A DNA stretch of 40,764 nt from an uncultured Bacillales bacterium. Its GTDB lineage: Bacteria > Bacillota_I > Bacilli_A > RFN20 > CAG-826. A program made the position numbers and the translations under genes. Under the pieces are notes generated by a model. The model was given only the letters and a program-made list of their open reading frames with translations. It had not been told where the DNA came from and did not search any database. Position 1 is the stretch's first letter; every line of letters begins with the position of its first letter. Below are positions 1 through 8,192 of this stretch, piece by piece. Location of the stretch: contig CAIMWL010000117.1 in NCBI GenBank assembly GCA_903845135.1, positions 1-40,764 on the forward strand, in the 5' to 3' direction.

Positions 1-4
1 ATAA

Positions 5-889
5 ATGAAATTATCTGAACTCATTGAATTATATTTAAACACCTTGGTAACTGAACGAGGTTTGGCTAAACAAACCCTGGGAAGTTATCGCCATGATTTA
101 TTGATGTTTACATTGTCGTTTTCTCCTCCTAAAAAAACCCAAGAAGATTTACAAAGTTTTGATTTAAAAGACTTCATCACTTTCCAAGCAAAATTAGGGA
201 TGAATAGTAGCACGATTCATCGACGTTTATCCACGGTTAAAAATTTCTTTTTGTATTTACAAAGAGAAGGGTACTTTACCCAAAAAATCTTGCCTGTCAA
301 ACCACCCAAGATGATGAAAGCTTTACCCAAGGTTATTCGTCCTGAAGAAATGGAAGCCTTGTTAAATGCTCCAAAGCTTGAAAGTTTGGATGGCCTGAGA
401 GATCAAGCGATGATGGAAGTCATGTATGCGAGCGGATTAAGAGTTTCCGAATTGATTCAATTAAAACAAGCAGATTTAAATGTGCTAAAGGCAACCCTTA
501 AAATTATTGGAAAAGGGCAAAAAACTAGATTGGTGCCGATCGGTGAATACGCGATTCAACAAGTCAAATTGTACCTGGCAAAAAGGCGCTTTATTAACCC
601 CAAAGAAGAAAGCCCTTATCTATTTATTAATCGTTATGCTAAGCCATTGTCTAGACAATTCTTTTTTAAACGTATCAAACAATATGCCCTACAAGCCGGG
701 ATTCAAAAATCCATCTCTCCTCACACTTTAAGGCATTCTTTTGCCACGCATCTATTGGAGCAAGGTGCGACTTTGCGCTCGGTTCAAGAAATGTTAGGCC
801 ATACGCATTTATCGACGACGCAAATTTACACCCATGTTTCGGAAAAAAGAATTCTCTCTGCCTTTGATTTATACTCCAAAAGAAAGTAA
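5..889 (+). CDS. xerD: Tyrosine recombinase XerD
   Basis: Complete catalytic set: SGLRVSEL (R), GKGQK (K), HTLRH (H-x-x-R), LGH, TTQIY (Y). N-terminus ERGLAKQTLGSYRHDL is XerD-like. Directly upstream of phosphopentomutase as in Bacillus ripX-drm. Confidence 0.9.
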   Translation: MKLSELIELYLNTLVTERGLAKQTLGSYRHDLLMFTLSFSPPKKTQEDLQSFDLKDFITFQAKLGMNSSTIHRRLSTVKNFFLYLQREGYFTQKILPVKPPKMMKALPKVIRPEEMEALLNAPKLESLDGLRDQAMMEVMYASGLRVSELIQLKQADLNVLKATLKIIGKGQKTRLVPIGEYAIQQVKLYLAKRRFINPKEESPYLFINRYAKPLSRQFFFKRIKQYALQAGIQKSISPHTLRHSFATHLLEQGATLRSVQEMLGHTHLSTTQIYTHVSEKRILSAFDLYSKRK

Positions 890-907
890 AATTAAATAGG
901 ATAAAAA

Positions 908-2095
908 ATGAAATTTAATCGAATTTTTGTGATTGTGATGGATTCCGTTGGCATGGGGGCTTTACCCGATGCTGATCGTTTTGGCGATGTTGGCACGCAC
1001 ACCTTTTTACATACGGCGCAACGATGTGGGGGTTTAAAGATTCCTCATTTAGAATCCCTTGGTCTAGCCGATTTATCACCCATTCCAGGTGTTAAAAAAG
1101 TCCTTCACCCCCAAAGTTATGTCACCACCATGCGAGAAATCTCAGCAGGGAAGGATACGATGACGGGGCACTGGGAATTGATGGGACTTGAAACCAAAAA
1201 ACCATTTAAAACATTTACCGATACCGGATTTCCCAAATCATTGATTGAAGAACTATCACGAAAAACCGGGCATCAATTTATGGGTAACGTCGCCGCGAGT
1301 GGCACCGAAATCATCAAACAATTAGGTGAAGAACATCGCCGAACCAAAAAAATTATTGTTTATACCTCAGCGGATAGTGTTCTCCAATTAGCGGCCCATG
1401 AAGAAGTTATTCCTTTAAAAGAGTTATATCGAATTTGTGAAGTCGCTCGTGAGATTTGCATGAAACCAGAGTATTTATTAGGGCGAATTATTGCCCGTCC
1501 CTTTATCGGCGCCAATGCCAATACCTTCAAGCGAACTGCGAATCGGCATGATTATGCGTTATCCCCAGGTGTCGAGACGACTTTGGATGTTTTAAATCAT
1601 GCGGGTTTGACGACCAGTTGTATCGGTAAAATTAATGATATTTTCAATGGGCAAGGAGTGAACCGAACCCAAAAAACCATTTCTAATCAAGATGGGATGG
1701 AAAAGACTATCGCGGAAACGCATTTAAAATTCAAAGGATTAGCCTTTATTAACCTCGTTGAATTTGACTCGGAATTTGGGCATCGGCGTGACCCCTTAGG
1801 ATATGGCAAGGCCATTGAACAGTTTGATCAACAATTAGGGAAACTTTTACCCCTTATTAAAAATGAAGATTTATTGGTAATTACTGCTGACCATGGTAAC
1901 GATCCAACGCATACCGGAACCGACCATACTAGAGAACGGGTTCCGCTCATCATGTTTAGTCCACAATTTAGCCAAGGAAAAGCCCTTGAAGAAAGATCAA
2001 CTTTTGCCGACTTATCGAGTACGATCCTCCATAATTTCAAACTCAAACAGCCGAACCATCATCTCGGTAAACCAATTTTAGAAATCCTAATTTAG
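908..2095 (+). CDS. deoB: Phosphopentomutase
   Basis: RIFVIVMDSVGMG, GKDTMTGHW, TADHGNDPT, TDHTRE motifs of the DeoB family; AGGA SD upstream. Confidence 0.96.
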   Translation: MKFNRIFVIVMDSVGMGALPDADRFGDVGTHTFLHTAQRCGGLKIPHLESLGLADLSPIPGVKKVLHPQSYVTTMREISAGKDTMTGHWELMGLETKKPFKTFTDTGFPKSLIEELSRKTGHQFMGNVAASGTEIIKQLGEEHRRTKKIIVYTSADSVLQLAAHEEVIPLKELYRICEVAREICMKPEYLLGRIIARPFIGANANTFKRTANRHDYALSPGVETTLDVLNHAGLTTSCIGKINDIFNGQGVNRTQKTISNQDGMEKTIAETHLKFKGLAFINLVEFDSEFGHRRDPLGYGKAIEQFDQQLGKLLPLIKNEDLLVITADHGNDPTHTGTDHTRERVPLIMFSPQFSQGKALEERSTFADLSSTILHNFKLKQPNHHLGKPILEILI

Positions 2096-2112
2096 TAGTA
2101 TTTTAGTAGATT
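2091..2112 (+). repeat. Two 11-bp direct repeats TTTAGTAGTAT / TTTAGTAGATT
   Basis: Read directly; overlaps the deoB stop (TAG TAG). Similar 11-bp-phased units occur at 18847-18879 and 34609-34630. Confidence 0.6.
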
Positions 2113-2212
2113 TGAGATGTGGAAAAGTCTCCTTAAGGATTGGATTAAGGTTTCATATTTCTGTTTGTGTTTGTTGAGATATTAAAGTCATTAAAGCAAA
2201 ATTAGACTACTT

Positions 2213-2240
2213 GGTTAACATAATAGACATTATACGAAGT
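2213..2240 (-). other. dif: dif site (XerC/XerD chromosome dimer resolution site)
   Basis: Minus strand ACTTCGTATAA-TGTCTA-TTATGTTAACC, 11-6-11 architecture; compare B. subtilis dif ACTTCCTAGAA-TATATA-TTATGTAAACT and E. coli GGTGCGCATAA-TGTATA-TTATGTTAAAT. Intergenic, at the gene-orientation switch, near xerD. Confidence 0.88.
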
Positions 2241-2258
2241 AGATTGTTTTCAGTCTTA

Positions 2259-2594
2259 CTAAGCTTTGACTTGTCTTTCTAAGATTTCGTCGAGCTTCAT
2301 CTTCTCACGATTGGTAGGATCAAAGAGGTGGACCACCACATCATACAAATCGATTACCATCCAACCTGATTCTGCCTTGCCTTCAATATGGTGAACTTTA
2401 TATTTTGGATGGTGAATAAAATCCTTCCGAAGTTGGTTCATGATTGCCTCTAATTTTCTAAAATTATTAGCCGATGCCACAATCACAAAATCCGTCAAAG
2501 GTGACTTGCCTTTGACATCATAAATTTTGATCGCCTCAGCTTGCTTATCTTCAAGGATTGCAAGCACGAGTGTTTTTAACGATTTATTTGCCAT
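2259..2594 (-). CDS. rsfS: Ribosome silencing factor RsfS (YqeL/Iojap)
   Basis: LEDKQAEAI..DV..KSPLTDFVIVASA and W.VID.YDVVVHLF....RE...LD motifs; follows nadD/yqeK. Second ATG (2594) chosen because AGGAG lies 6 nt upstream. Confidence 0.92.
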   Translation of the reverse strand: MANKSLKTLVLAILEDKQAEAIKIYDVKGKSPLTDFVIVASANNFRKLEAIMNQLRKDFIHHPKYKVHHIEGKAESGWMVIDLYDVVVHLFDPTNREKMKLDEILERQVKA

Positions 2595-3681
2595 CATTTT
2601 CTCCTAAATAATATGCCATACATTCTTTCACTAATGGATTGGTGATTTTGTGTTTCTTTTTCTTTAAGTGTAATAGGTTCTCTTTGAGCACCATTAAGAA
2701 CCCTTCGTGGTATTGTTTTTTGCAAGCGGCAATTAGCGCACTCGAGTCATATCCACGAGTCGGTTCAATTTTATCTGCAGCATAGACGATTTGTGCTAGC
2801 GGACCCATTTGCGCTTTACCCGTGGTGTGGTAGCGAATGGCTTCGAGGATCCCATCGTGTTTGATATTAAATTCTTGTCGGGCCAGAATCGCTCCGACAA
2901 ATTGATGCAGAGCATATTGCTCAACTGGTTGATTGACCGTGTCATATTCATCTAACAACGCTCGCGCCTCTTCTTCATCCATATCTTTGGCGATATCATG
3001 GAGAATCGCGGCAAGGAAAGCGTCTTCAGGTGATTGATGATTTTCTAAAGCAATCTCATATGCAAGCGAGGCGGTTGAATAAACATGCTGAAAGCGTTCT
3101 GGTTGATAAAAAGCCTTTAATTTAGGGACAAAGTAAAGTTGATTGGCAAAGATATATTCAATGACGGGTAAGGGTGTTGCAAGCGATTCTAAATTGCGGA
3201 TGCTCGTCGAGGAAACAGGATATAAAGGTCCTGACATTTTTTGAATGCTGTAACGTTGCCAGTTAGGATGATCTAAAGAGGAGCCCGGTCTAGGGTAAGC
3301 GAGTAATTGCACAAGCGATTTAAATTTATCAGCCTCTTTCCATTTATGAAATTGTTCAACCTGATCACCACCGATTAGGTAGTAAAGCTGATCATTTGGG
3401 TATAGTTGTTTAAAATATTGCACCGTATGAATCGTAAAGTTAATCACGGCATCTTTTTCAACTTCATATAGCGATAATTGAAAACTAGGATCATGAGCAA
3501 TCGCTAATTTCACCATATTAATGCGATCCAAAATGTTGGTGGTGATATTCTTCCATCTTGGATTTTTCGTGATTATCAATAACACTTCATCCGCGCGAAT
3601 ATGTTGTTGGGCTGCCTTTAGCATCGCTAAATGCCCATGATGAATTGGGTCAAAAGGTGAACCATATAATAAGCGAATCAT
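2584..3681 (-). CDS. nadD: NadD (nicotinate-nucleotide adenylyltransferase) fused to YqeK HD-domain hydrolase
   Basis: N-half: FDPIHHGH (HxGH), IGGDQ, SSTSIR. C-half: RFQHV, ILHDIAK, HQFVG, IRYHTTG, YAADKIEP (YqeK HD family). Confidence 0.92.
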   Translation of the reverse strand: MIRLLYGSPFDPIHHGHLAMLKAAQQHIRADEVLLIITKNPRWKNITTNILDRINMVKLAIAHDPSFQLSLYEVEKDAVINFTIHTVQYFKQLYPNDQLYYLIGGDQVEQFHKWKEADKFKSLVQLLAYPRPGSSLDHPNWQRYSIQKMSGPLYPVSSTSIRNLESLATPLPVIEYIFANQLYFVPKLKAFYQPERFQHVYSTASLAYEIALENHQSPEDAFLAAILHDIAKDMDEEEARALLDEYDTVNQPVEQYALHQFVGAILARQEFNIKHDGILEAIRYHTTGKAQMGPLAQIVYAADKIEPTRGYDSSALIAACKKQYHEGFLMVLKENLLHLKKKKHKITNPLVKECMAYYLGENDGK

Positions 3682-3968
3682 ATGGGAAGTTGAATCCTTG
3701 GATTTTTAGGATTGGCGCGATAGAGAATAACCCGGTGGCCAATCGTTTGAATCAGTTCCGCTTTTAAAGTTTTGACGAGGGTCGGTAAAAAATCATTCGC
3801 ATCTTCGAGTGCGGATTTTAAGACATGAATTTTAATCAATTCTTGTTTGGTTAAAGCTAAATCCAACAACTGAATGAATTCAGGATGGACTGCATCTTTA
3901 CCGACTTGATACTTCGTGGGTAAAGTTTGGGCTAATTTTCTTAAATACAAACGTTGTTTAGTTGTCAT
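3678..3968 (-). CDS. yhbY: YhbY/YqeI CRM-domain RNA-binding protein
   Basis: LTTKQR.YLR.LA.....YQVGK, ELIKI.VL, IQTIG...ILYR pattern; ATGA overlaps on both sides. Confidence 0.93.
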   Translation of the reverse strand: MTTKQRLYLRKLAQTLPTKYQVGKDAVHPEFIQLLDLALTKQELIKIHVLKSALEDANDFLPTLVKTLKAELIQTIGHRVILYRANPKNPRIQLPI

Positions 3969-5101
3969 ACGGATTGCACCTTACTGGGCAAAAGTTTTGC
4001 CAAAACGCCCTTGGGCAAAAGTAAACGCACGGTTTGCCCCTCGGCAATAAAACTTAGCCAACCATATCCTGAAATCGCAAGATCCGCTCGCCCCTTGGTT
4101 GGTAAGGTAAACTCGACCAAATTGAAATCTTCTATTTTTTGATAACTTTTTGAAATTGGTTTTAATTGTTTTTTTTCAATGAGGTGAAAAAAAGATTCAT
4201 CTGCTTTTTGAATGGCCATTTTTTGAAAGGTCACGGTATTCGCAAAGTAACCATACACGAATTGGCGTTTTCCCGTTAGCATTTCCAAACGAGCTAAACC
4301 TCCAATCGCTAAAGCATCTTTTGCCCCCAAGCGATATCCAACCGGTTTGATTTCTACTTTGGGCATCATGAGTTTAATGACTTCTTTTTCTACTTTCGCT
4401 AACATCGAGTGATTGGCGACATATCCTGGTGTGTCATAAATCGTTTGGGTCTCATTCAAGGGAATTTCAATCACCCGTAAGGTCGTGCCTGGAAAGGGAG
4501 AGGTGGTGATCAATTTTTTGGTTTGATTCGAAAAATGTTTCAAATAGGTGTTTATTAAACTTGATTTCCCTGAACTCGTTGCCCCAATCACATATAAATC
4601 TTTGCCTTGATTATCTTCGGCAATCATCGATTTAATATCGTCTAAGGCTTCATTGGTTTTACTCGAGGCAATGATTATTTTGACATATTCCATTTGCATC
4701 GATTTAAAGAAATTTTCGATATAGGTCATTAACTTTTTTTGATTTAAATTTTTAGGTAATAAGTCTCTTTTGGTGGCAATAAAGTAGACAGGTAGACCCT
4801 TGACTGCCCCTAATAACTCAGAGGATAAAGTCGTTTCAAAATTAAGAATATCTAACACCCAAATAATGGTGGCATGATCTTGTTTAGCTTTCCCCAGAAT
4901 TTGATAAAAGTCATCAAAGACGAAGGACTCTTTTGGAGCCATGTCTTCTCCATAGTGTTGTAATTTAAAACAACGTTGGCACAAAACAACTTCGTGACGA
5001 TCCACATGCTTAACAGGAACATACCCCGGCAATTGTTGATCAATCGTTTGCAAGATAACGCCACAACCTGGACAACGGCGTATGATTCGCATCTCATTCA
5101 T
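3965..5101 (-). CDS. yqeH: Ribosome biogenesis GTPase YqeH
   Basis: CPGCG...CQRC zinc finger, circularly permuted TKRD (G4), GATSSGKS (G1), FPGTT, DTPG. Start moved to ATG 5101 (GGAGG 8 nt upstream, TGATG overlap with yqeG); 5104 is also possible. Confidence 0.93.
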   Translation of the reverse strand: MNEMRIIRRCPGCGVILQTIDQQLPGYVPVKHVDRHEVVLCQRCFKLQHYGEDMAPKESFVFDDFYQILGKAKQDHATIIWVLDILNFETTLSSELLGAVKGLPVYFIATKRDLLPKNLNQKKLMTYIENFFKSMQMEYVKIIIASSKTNEALDDIKSMIAEDNQGKDLYVIGATSSGKSSLINTYLKHFSNQTKKLITTSPFPGTTLRVIEIPLNETQTIYDTPGYVANHSMLAKVEKEVIKLMMPKVEIKPVGYRLGAKDALAIGGLARLEMLTGKRQFVYGYFANTVTFQKMAIQKADESFFHLIEKKQLKPISKSYQKIEDFNLVEFTLPTKGRADLAISGYGWLSFIAEGQTVRLLLPKGVLAKLLPSKVQSV

Positions 5102-5634
5102 CATTGATCCCTCCAGTGGTGAAAGTGATGTTGTCGGCGATAACGTCTTTTCAGAAATGATTCTAAGAAACGATTTGGTTTGGTTGGCCAATGATCATAA
5201 GGCACAAGTTTTTCAACAAACAAACTTTTCATCCCTAATCGATTGGCCATCCATACGTCTGTCAGTAATTGATCACCAATCACTATCACCTTATCTTTAG
5301 CATAACCTTTTTTTGCTAAAAACATAAGGAGTTTGTCCTGAAAAGGTTTACCAGTTTTTGCCAAGTAATCAACCCCAACCGCATTGGCAAAAGGCTTGAC
5401 CCGTTCCTCTTCATTATTCGAGATAATGAAAAAAGCAAGTCCAGCATCCTTCATCTTTTGGATCCAGTTAAAGATAGCCTTTCTAGGCTTGAGTTCATCA
5501 TATGGTGCAAGCGTATTATCTAAATCACAACACAACGCTGTCACCTGATTTTGGATAAAGAAAGTTGCTGTCACCTCGGTTAATTTAGGTGCATAAAAGG
5601 TTGGCTGCCAAACTGAGGTCAGTTTACCTTTCAT
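5101..5634 (-). CDS. yqeG: YqeG HAD-IIIA phosphatase
   Basis: DLDNTL, ISNN, KP, IGDQLLTDV HAD motifs; start overlaps parC stop (TAATG). Confidence 0.92.
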   Translation of the reverse strand: MKGKLTSVWQPTFYAPKLTEVTATFFIQNQVTALCCDLDNTLAPYDELKPRKAIFNWIQKMKDAGLAFFIISNNEEERVKPFANAVGVDYLAKTGKPFQDKLLMFLAKKGYAKDKVIVIGDQLLTDVWMANRLGMKSLFVEKLVPYDHWPTKPNRFLESFLKRRYRRQHHFHHWRDQ

Positions 5635-8192
5635 TATTTCTTATCTTCAAAGAGGGAGACTTTTTCAACCTTGTCTCCAGCATCCAATTCAACTTTAGGA
5701 AGCGGCACCGTTTTAAATTGGGAATCGATGCGATTGATGGCATCATGGTAAACACCAACGACATCAGTGCCTTTAGGCATCGAAATGTTCTTCTTAGCAT
5801 ATTTATCAGTTGGGGTTGGGGCATAATCATTGGTTTCTAAATTCACCAATTCTTTATTCGATAGTAATAAAGTTACCTTTAAAAATTCATCTTGTTTATT
5901 CAATTTGCGCCAATAAACGAGTTGATGAGGTTCTGATTTAAAGCTTTGGAAGATATATTGAATTTTTCCTAATCTTGAGGTGAGATCAACGTAGCTTAAA
6001 TCAAAAATTCTAAAATTACCTTGGCGAGTGAACATCACAATTTTTCCACGTTCTTCGGGTTGATAGACTAATAGTTTAGCTAAACGATCCTTACCTAATA
6101 AAGAAGAAATGGCTTTAATACCACCAGCTTTAACACCAACCGGATTGACTTCTTTTTCTGAGAAGTAAGTGACGTTACCTTCAAGCGTGGCAATCAAAAG
6201 TTGCCCTTGGCCATTGGTCACATCAACATCAACAACCGTGTCATCACCGAGTAATCGCATGCACGTTAAAGGCTTACTGTAACGTTGCACCATAAATTCT
6301 GATAAAGGCGTCTTTTTTAACTGACCATTTCGGGTAATTAAGACGACAAAGGCATCGGGTTTAAAGTCTGAAACAATCAGTGCTTTGATTAACTTTTCTT
6401 CAGGACCAAGGTTCACCAAATAGTTGATGTGCTTGCCTTCGTCTTTCCATTTGGTTTCTTGGAGTTCATGGATCGGGATAAATAAATAATTGCCAAGTTG
6501 GGTGAATACCAGCACATAATCCAAGGTGGTTGCCGGACCCACGCCTACTAATAAGTCAGCCTCTTTAATTCCAGGCCAAACCCCTTCTGAACTCTTATAG
6601 GATTTAAGGGGCGAGCGTTTGATGTAACCATCTCGAGTGACGGAGATATAAACATCTTCTTTGGCGATTAAATCACGCTTATCAATTTGTAAGCTTTCTT
6701 TGGGTTCTGTGGCAATTTTCGTTAAGCGATTTTGCCCATATTGCGAGGCAATCAATTTTAAATCTTTAATGATTTTTTTATTTAAAACTTCACGGTCATC
6801 TAAGATTTCCTTCAGTTCTTTAATCGTCGCTTTTAATTGCTTTTCTTCTTCTTTAAGCGTAGTCACATCGGTATTGGTTAAGCGATAAAGTTGTAACGAA
6901 ACAATCGCATCGGCTTGGGATTTGGTAAAGGCAAACTTCTTCTCTAAATTCGCCATTGCATCTTGTTTATCTTCGCTCTTGCGAATCACTTTGACGACTT
7001 CATCTAAAATACCAATTGCCTTAATTAACCCTTCCACAATTTCTAGGCGCGCCGAGGCTTTTACTAAATCAAATTGCGAAAGTCTGGTGATGACTTCAAC
7101 TTGGTGATCAATGTATGCATCGACATATTGTAAGAGATTAAAGGTGATGGGATGACCCTTATTAATCGCGACCATATTCGCCGAAAAAGAACTCTTTAAA
7201 TCTGTTTTTGAATAAAAATATTGCAGTATTTTTTCAGGGTTTGCATCTTCGCGAATATCAATCGCAATGCGCATCCCATGGTGATCAGATTCATCCCTAA
7301 CTTCAATGATGCCATCGATGATTTTCTTGAAGCGAATTTCATCCATTTGTTTGACTAAGGCAGATTTAATCACGCCGTAGGGAATTTCCTTAATGACAAT
7401 TTGATGGTAACCTTTTAACTTGGTGATTTCTGCCTTGGATAAAATTTCGACCCTTCCATGGCCAGTTAAATAAATTTGTTTTAACGAATCAGTACGGTAA
7501 ATAATCCCACCTGTTGGGAAGTCTGGACCCTTGACGATATCGATTAAATCTTCAATCGTCGCTTTTTTGTGACCTAGTCGATAAATGACCGCATCAATCA
7601 CATCCCGCAAATTATGAGGCGGAATATTGGTTGCCATCGCCACGGCAATCCCTTGGGTTCCGTTCACCAAAAGGTTTGGGAAACGGGCAGGTAAGACGAT
7701 GGGTTCATCCTGGGAATCATCAAAGGTAAGTTGAGTGTCAACGGTATTTTTATCGATGTCTCGTACGAGTTCTTCGGTAATTTGCGCTAAACGTACTTCC
7801 GTATAACGATGGGCGGCCGCATTATCGCCATCAATGGAACCATTGTTGCCTTGAAAGTCGATTAAGGGGACCCGATATTTCCAAGGTTGTGACATGTGGA
7901 CTAAAGCATCATAAATCGAGGCATCCCCGTGTGGGTGATACTTACCCATGACTTCACCAACGCTGGTTGCACTTTTACGATAAGGTTTTCGAAAGACGTT
8001 ATTGGAGTGGTACATCGCATAAATAATGCGACGTTGAACTGGTTTTAAACCATCTCTTAAATCTGGAATAGCGCGATCTTGAATGACATATTTTGCATAG
8101 GTTGCATAACGTTCACCCATGATATCTTCAAGAGGAGCGGCATTAATTTTTTCGACAATTGGTTTGGGAACCGGTTTAGATTTTTTTGCCAT
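5634..8192 (-). CDS. parC: DNA topoisomerase IV subunit A
   Basis: DGLKPVQRR, HPHGD, RYTE catalytic Tyr, NLLVNG; no GyrA-box (QxRGGxG) before the C-terminal repeats; follows parE. Start placed at ATG 8192 rather than TTG 8210. Confidence 0.92.
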   Translation of the reverse strand: MAKKSKPVPKPIVEKINAAPLEDIMGERYATYAKYVIQDRAIPDLRDGLKPVQRRIIYAMYHSNNVFRKPYRKSATSVGEVMGKYHPHGDASIYDALVHMSQPWKYRVPLIDFQGNNGSIDGDNAAAHRYTEVRLAQITEELVRDIDKNTVDTQLTFDDSQDEPIVLPARFPNLLVNGTQGIAVAMATNIPPHNLRDVIDAVIYRLGHKKATIEDLIDIVKGPDFPTGGIIYRTDSLKQIYLTGHGRVEILSKAEITKLKGYHQIVIKEIPYGVIKSALVKQMDEIRFKKIIDGIIEVRDESDHHGMRIAIDIREDANPEKILQYFYSKTDLKSSFSANMVAINKGHPITFNLLQYVDAYIDHQVEVITRLSQFDLVKASARLEIVEGLIKAIGILDEVVKVIRKSEDKQDAMANLEKKFAFTKSQADAIVSLQLYRLTNTDVTTLKEEEKQLKATIKELKEILDDREVLNKKIIKDLKLIASQYGQNRLTKIATEPKESLQIDKRDLIAKEDVYISVTRDGYIKRSPLKSYKSSEGVWPGIKEADLLVGVGPATTLDYVLVFTQLGNYLFIPIHELQETKWKDEGKHINYLVNLGPEEKLIKALIVSDFKPDAFVVLITRNGQLKKTPLSEFMVQRYSKPLTCMRLLGDDTVVDVDVTNGQGQLLIATLEGNVTYFSEKEVNPVGVKAGGIKAISSLLGKDRLAKLLVYQPEERGKIVMFTRQGNFRIFDLSYVDLTSRLGKIQYIFQSFKSEPHQLVYWRKLNKQDEFLKVTLLLSNKELVNLETNDYAPTPTDKYAKKNISMPKGTDVVGVYHDAINRIDSQFKTVPLPKVELDAGDKVEKVSLFEDKK

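Noticed and set aside
264-271. GAGAAGGG (B. subtilis SRS-like) pointing toward dif; also GGGGAGGG at 39810-39817
   Set aside because: Single occurrences in coding DNA, and the second has the wrong polarity for KOPS. A genome-wide skew count is needed.
5-889. xerD as the integrase of a mobile element
   Set aside because: No phage, plasmid or att-flanked cargo genes; the xerD-deoB context is chromosomal.
2117-2185. 22-codon ORF MWKSLLKDWIKVSYFCLCLLRY between deoB and dif
   Set aside because: No SD and no recognisable motif; this length is expected by chance.
2227-2240. 14-nt identity to loxP (ACTTCGTATAATGT on the minus strand)
   Set aside because: Only one partial arm; the other arm is XerD-type. 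It is better explained as the XerC arm of dif than as a loxP or vector contamination.
3678-5103. Possible genetic code 4 (TGA = Trp) given the Mollicutes-like gene set
   Set aside because: TGA ends yqeG, yqeH, yhbY, cdd, ybeY and hrcA at expected lengths, often in ATGA overlaps, and conserved Trp codons checked are TGG.
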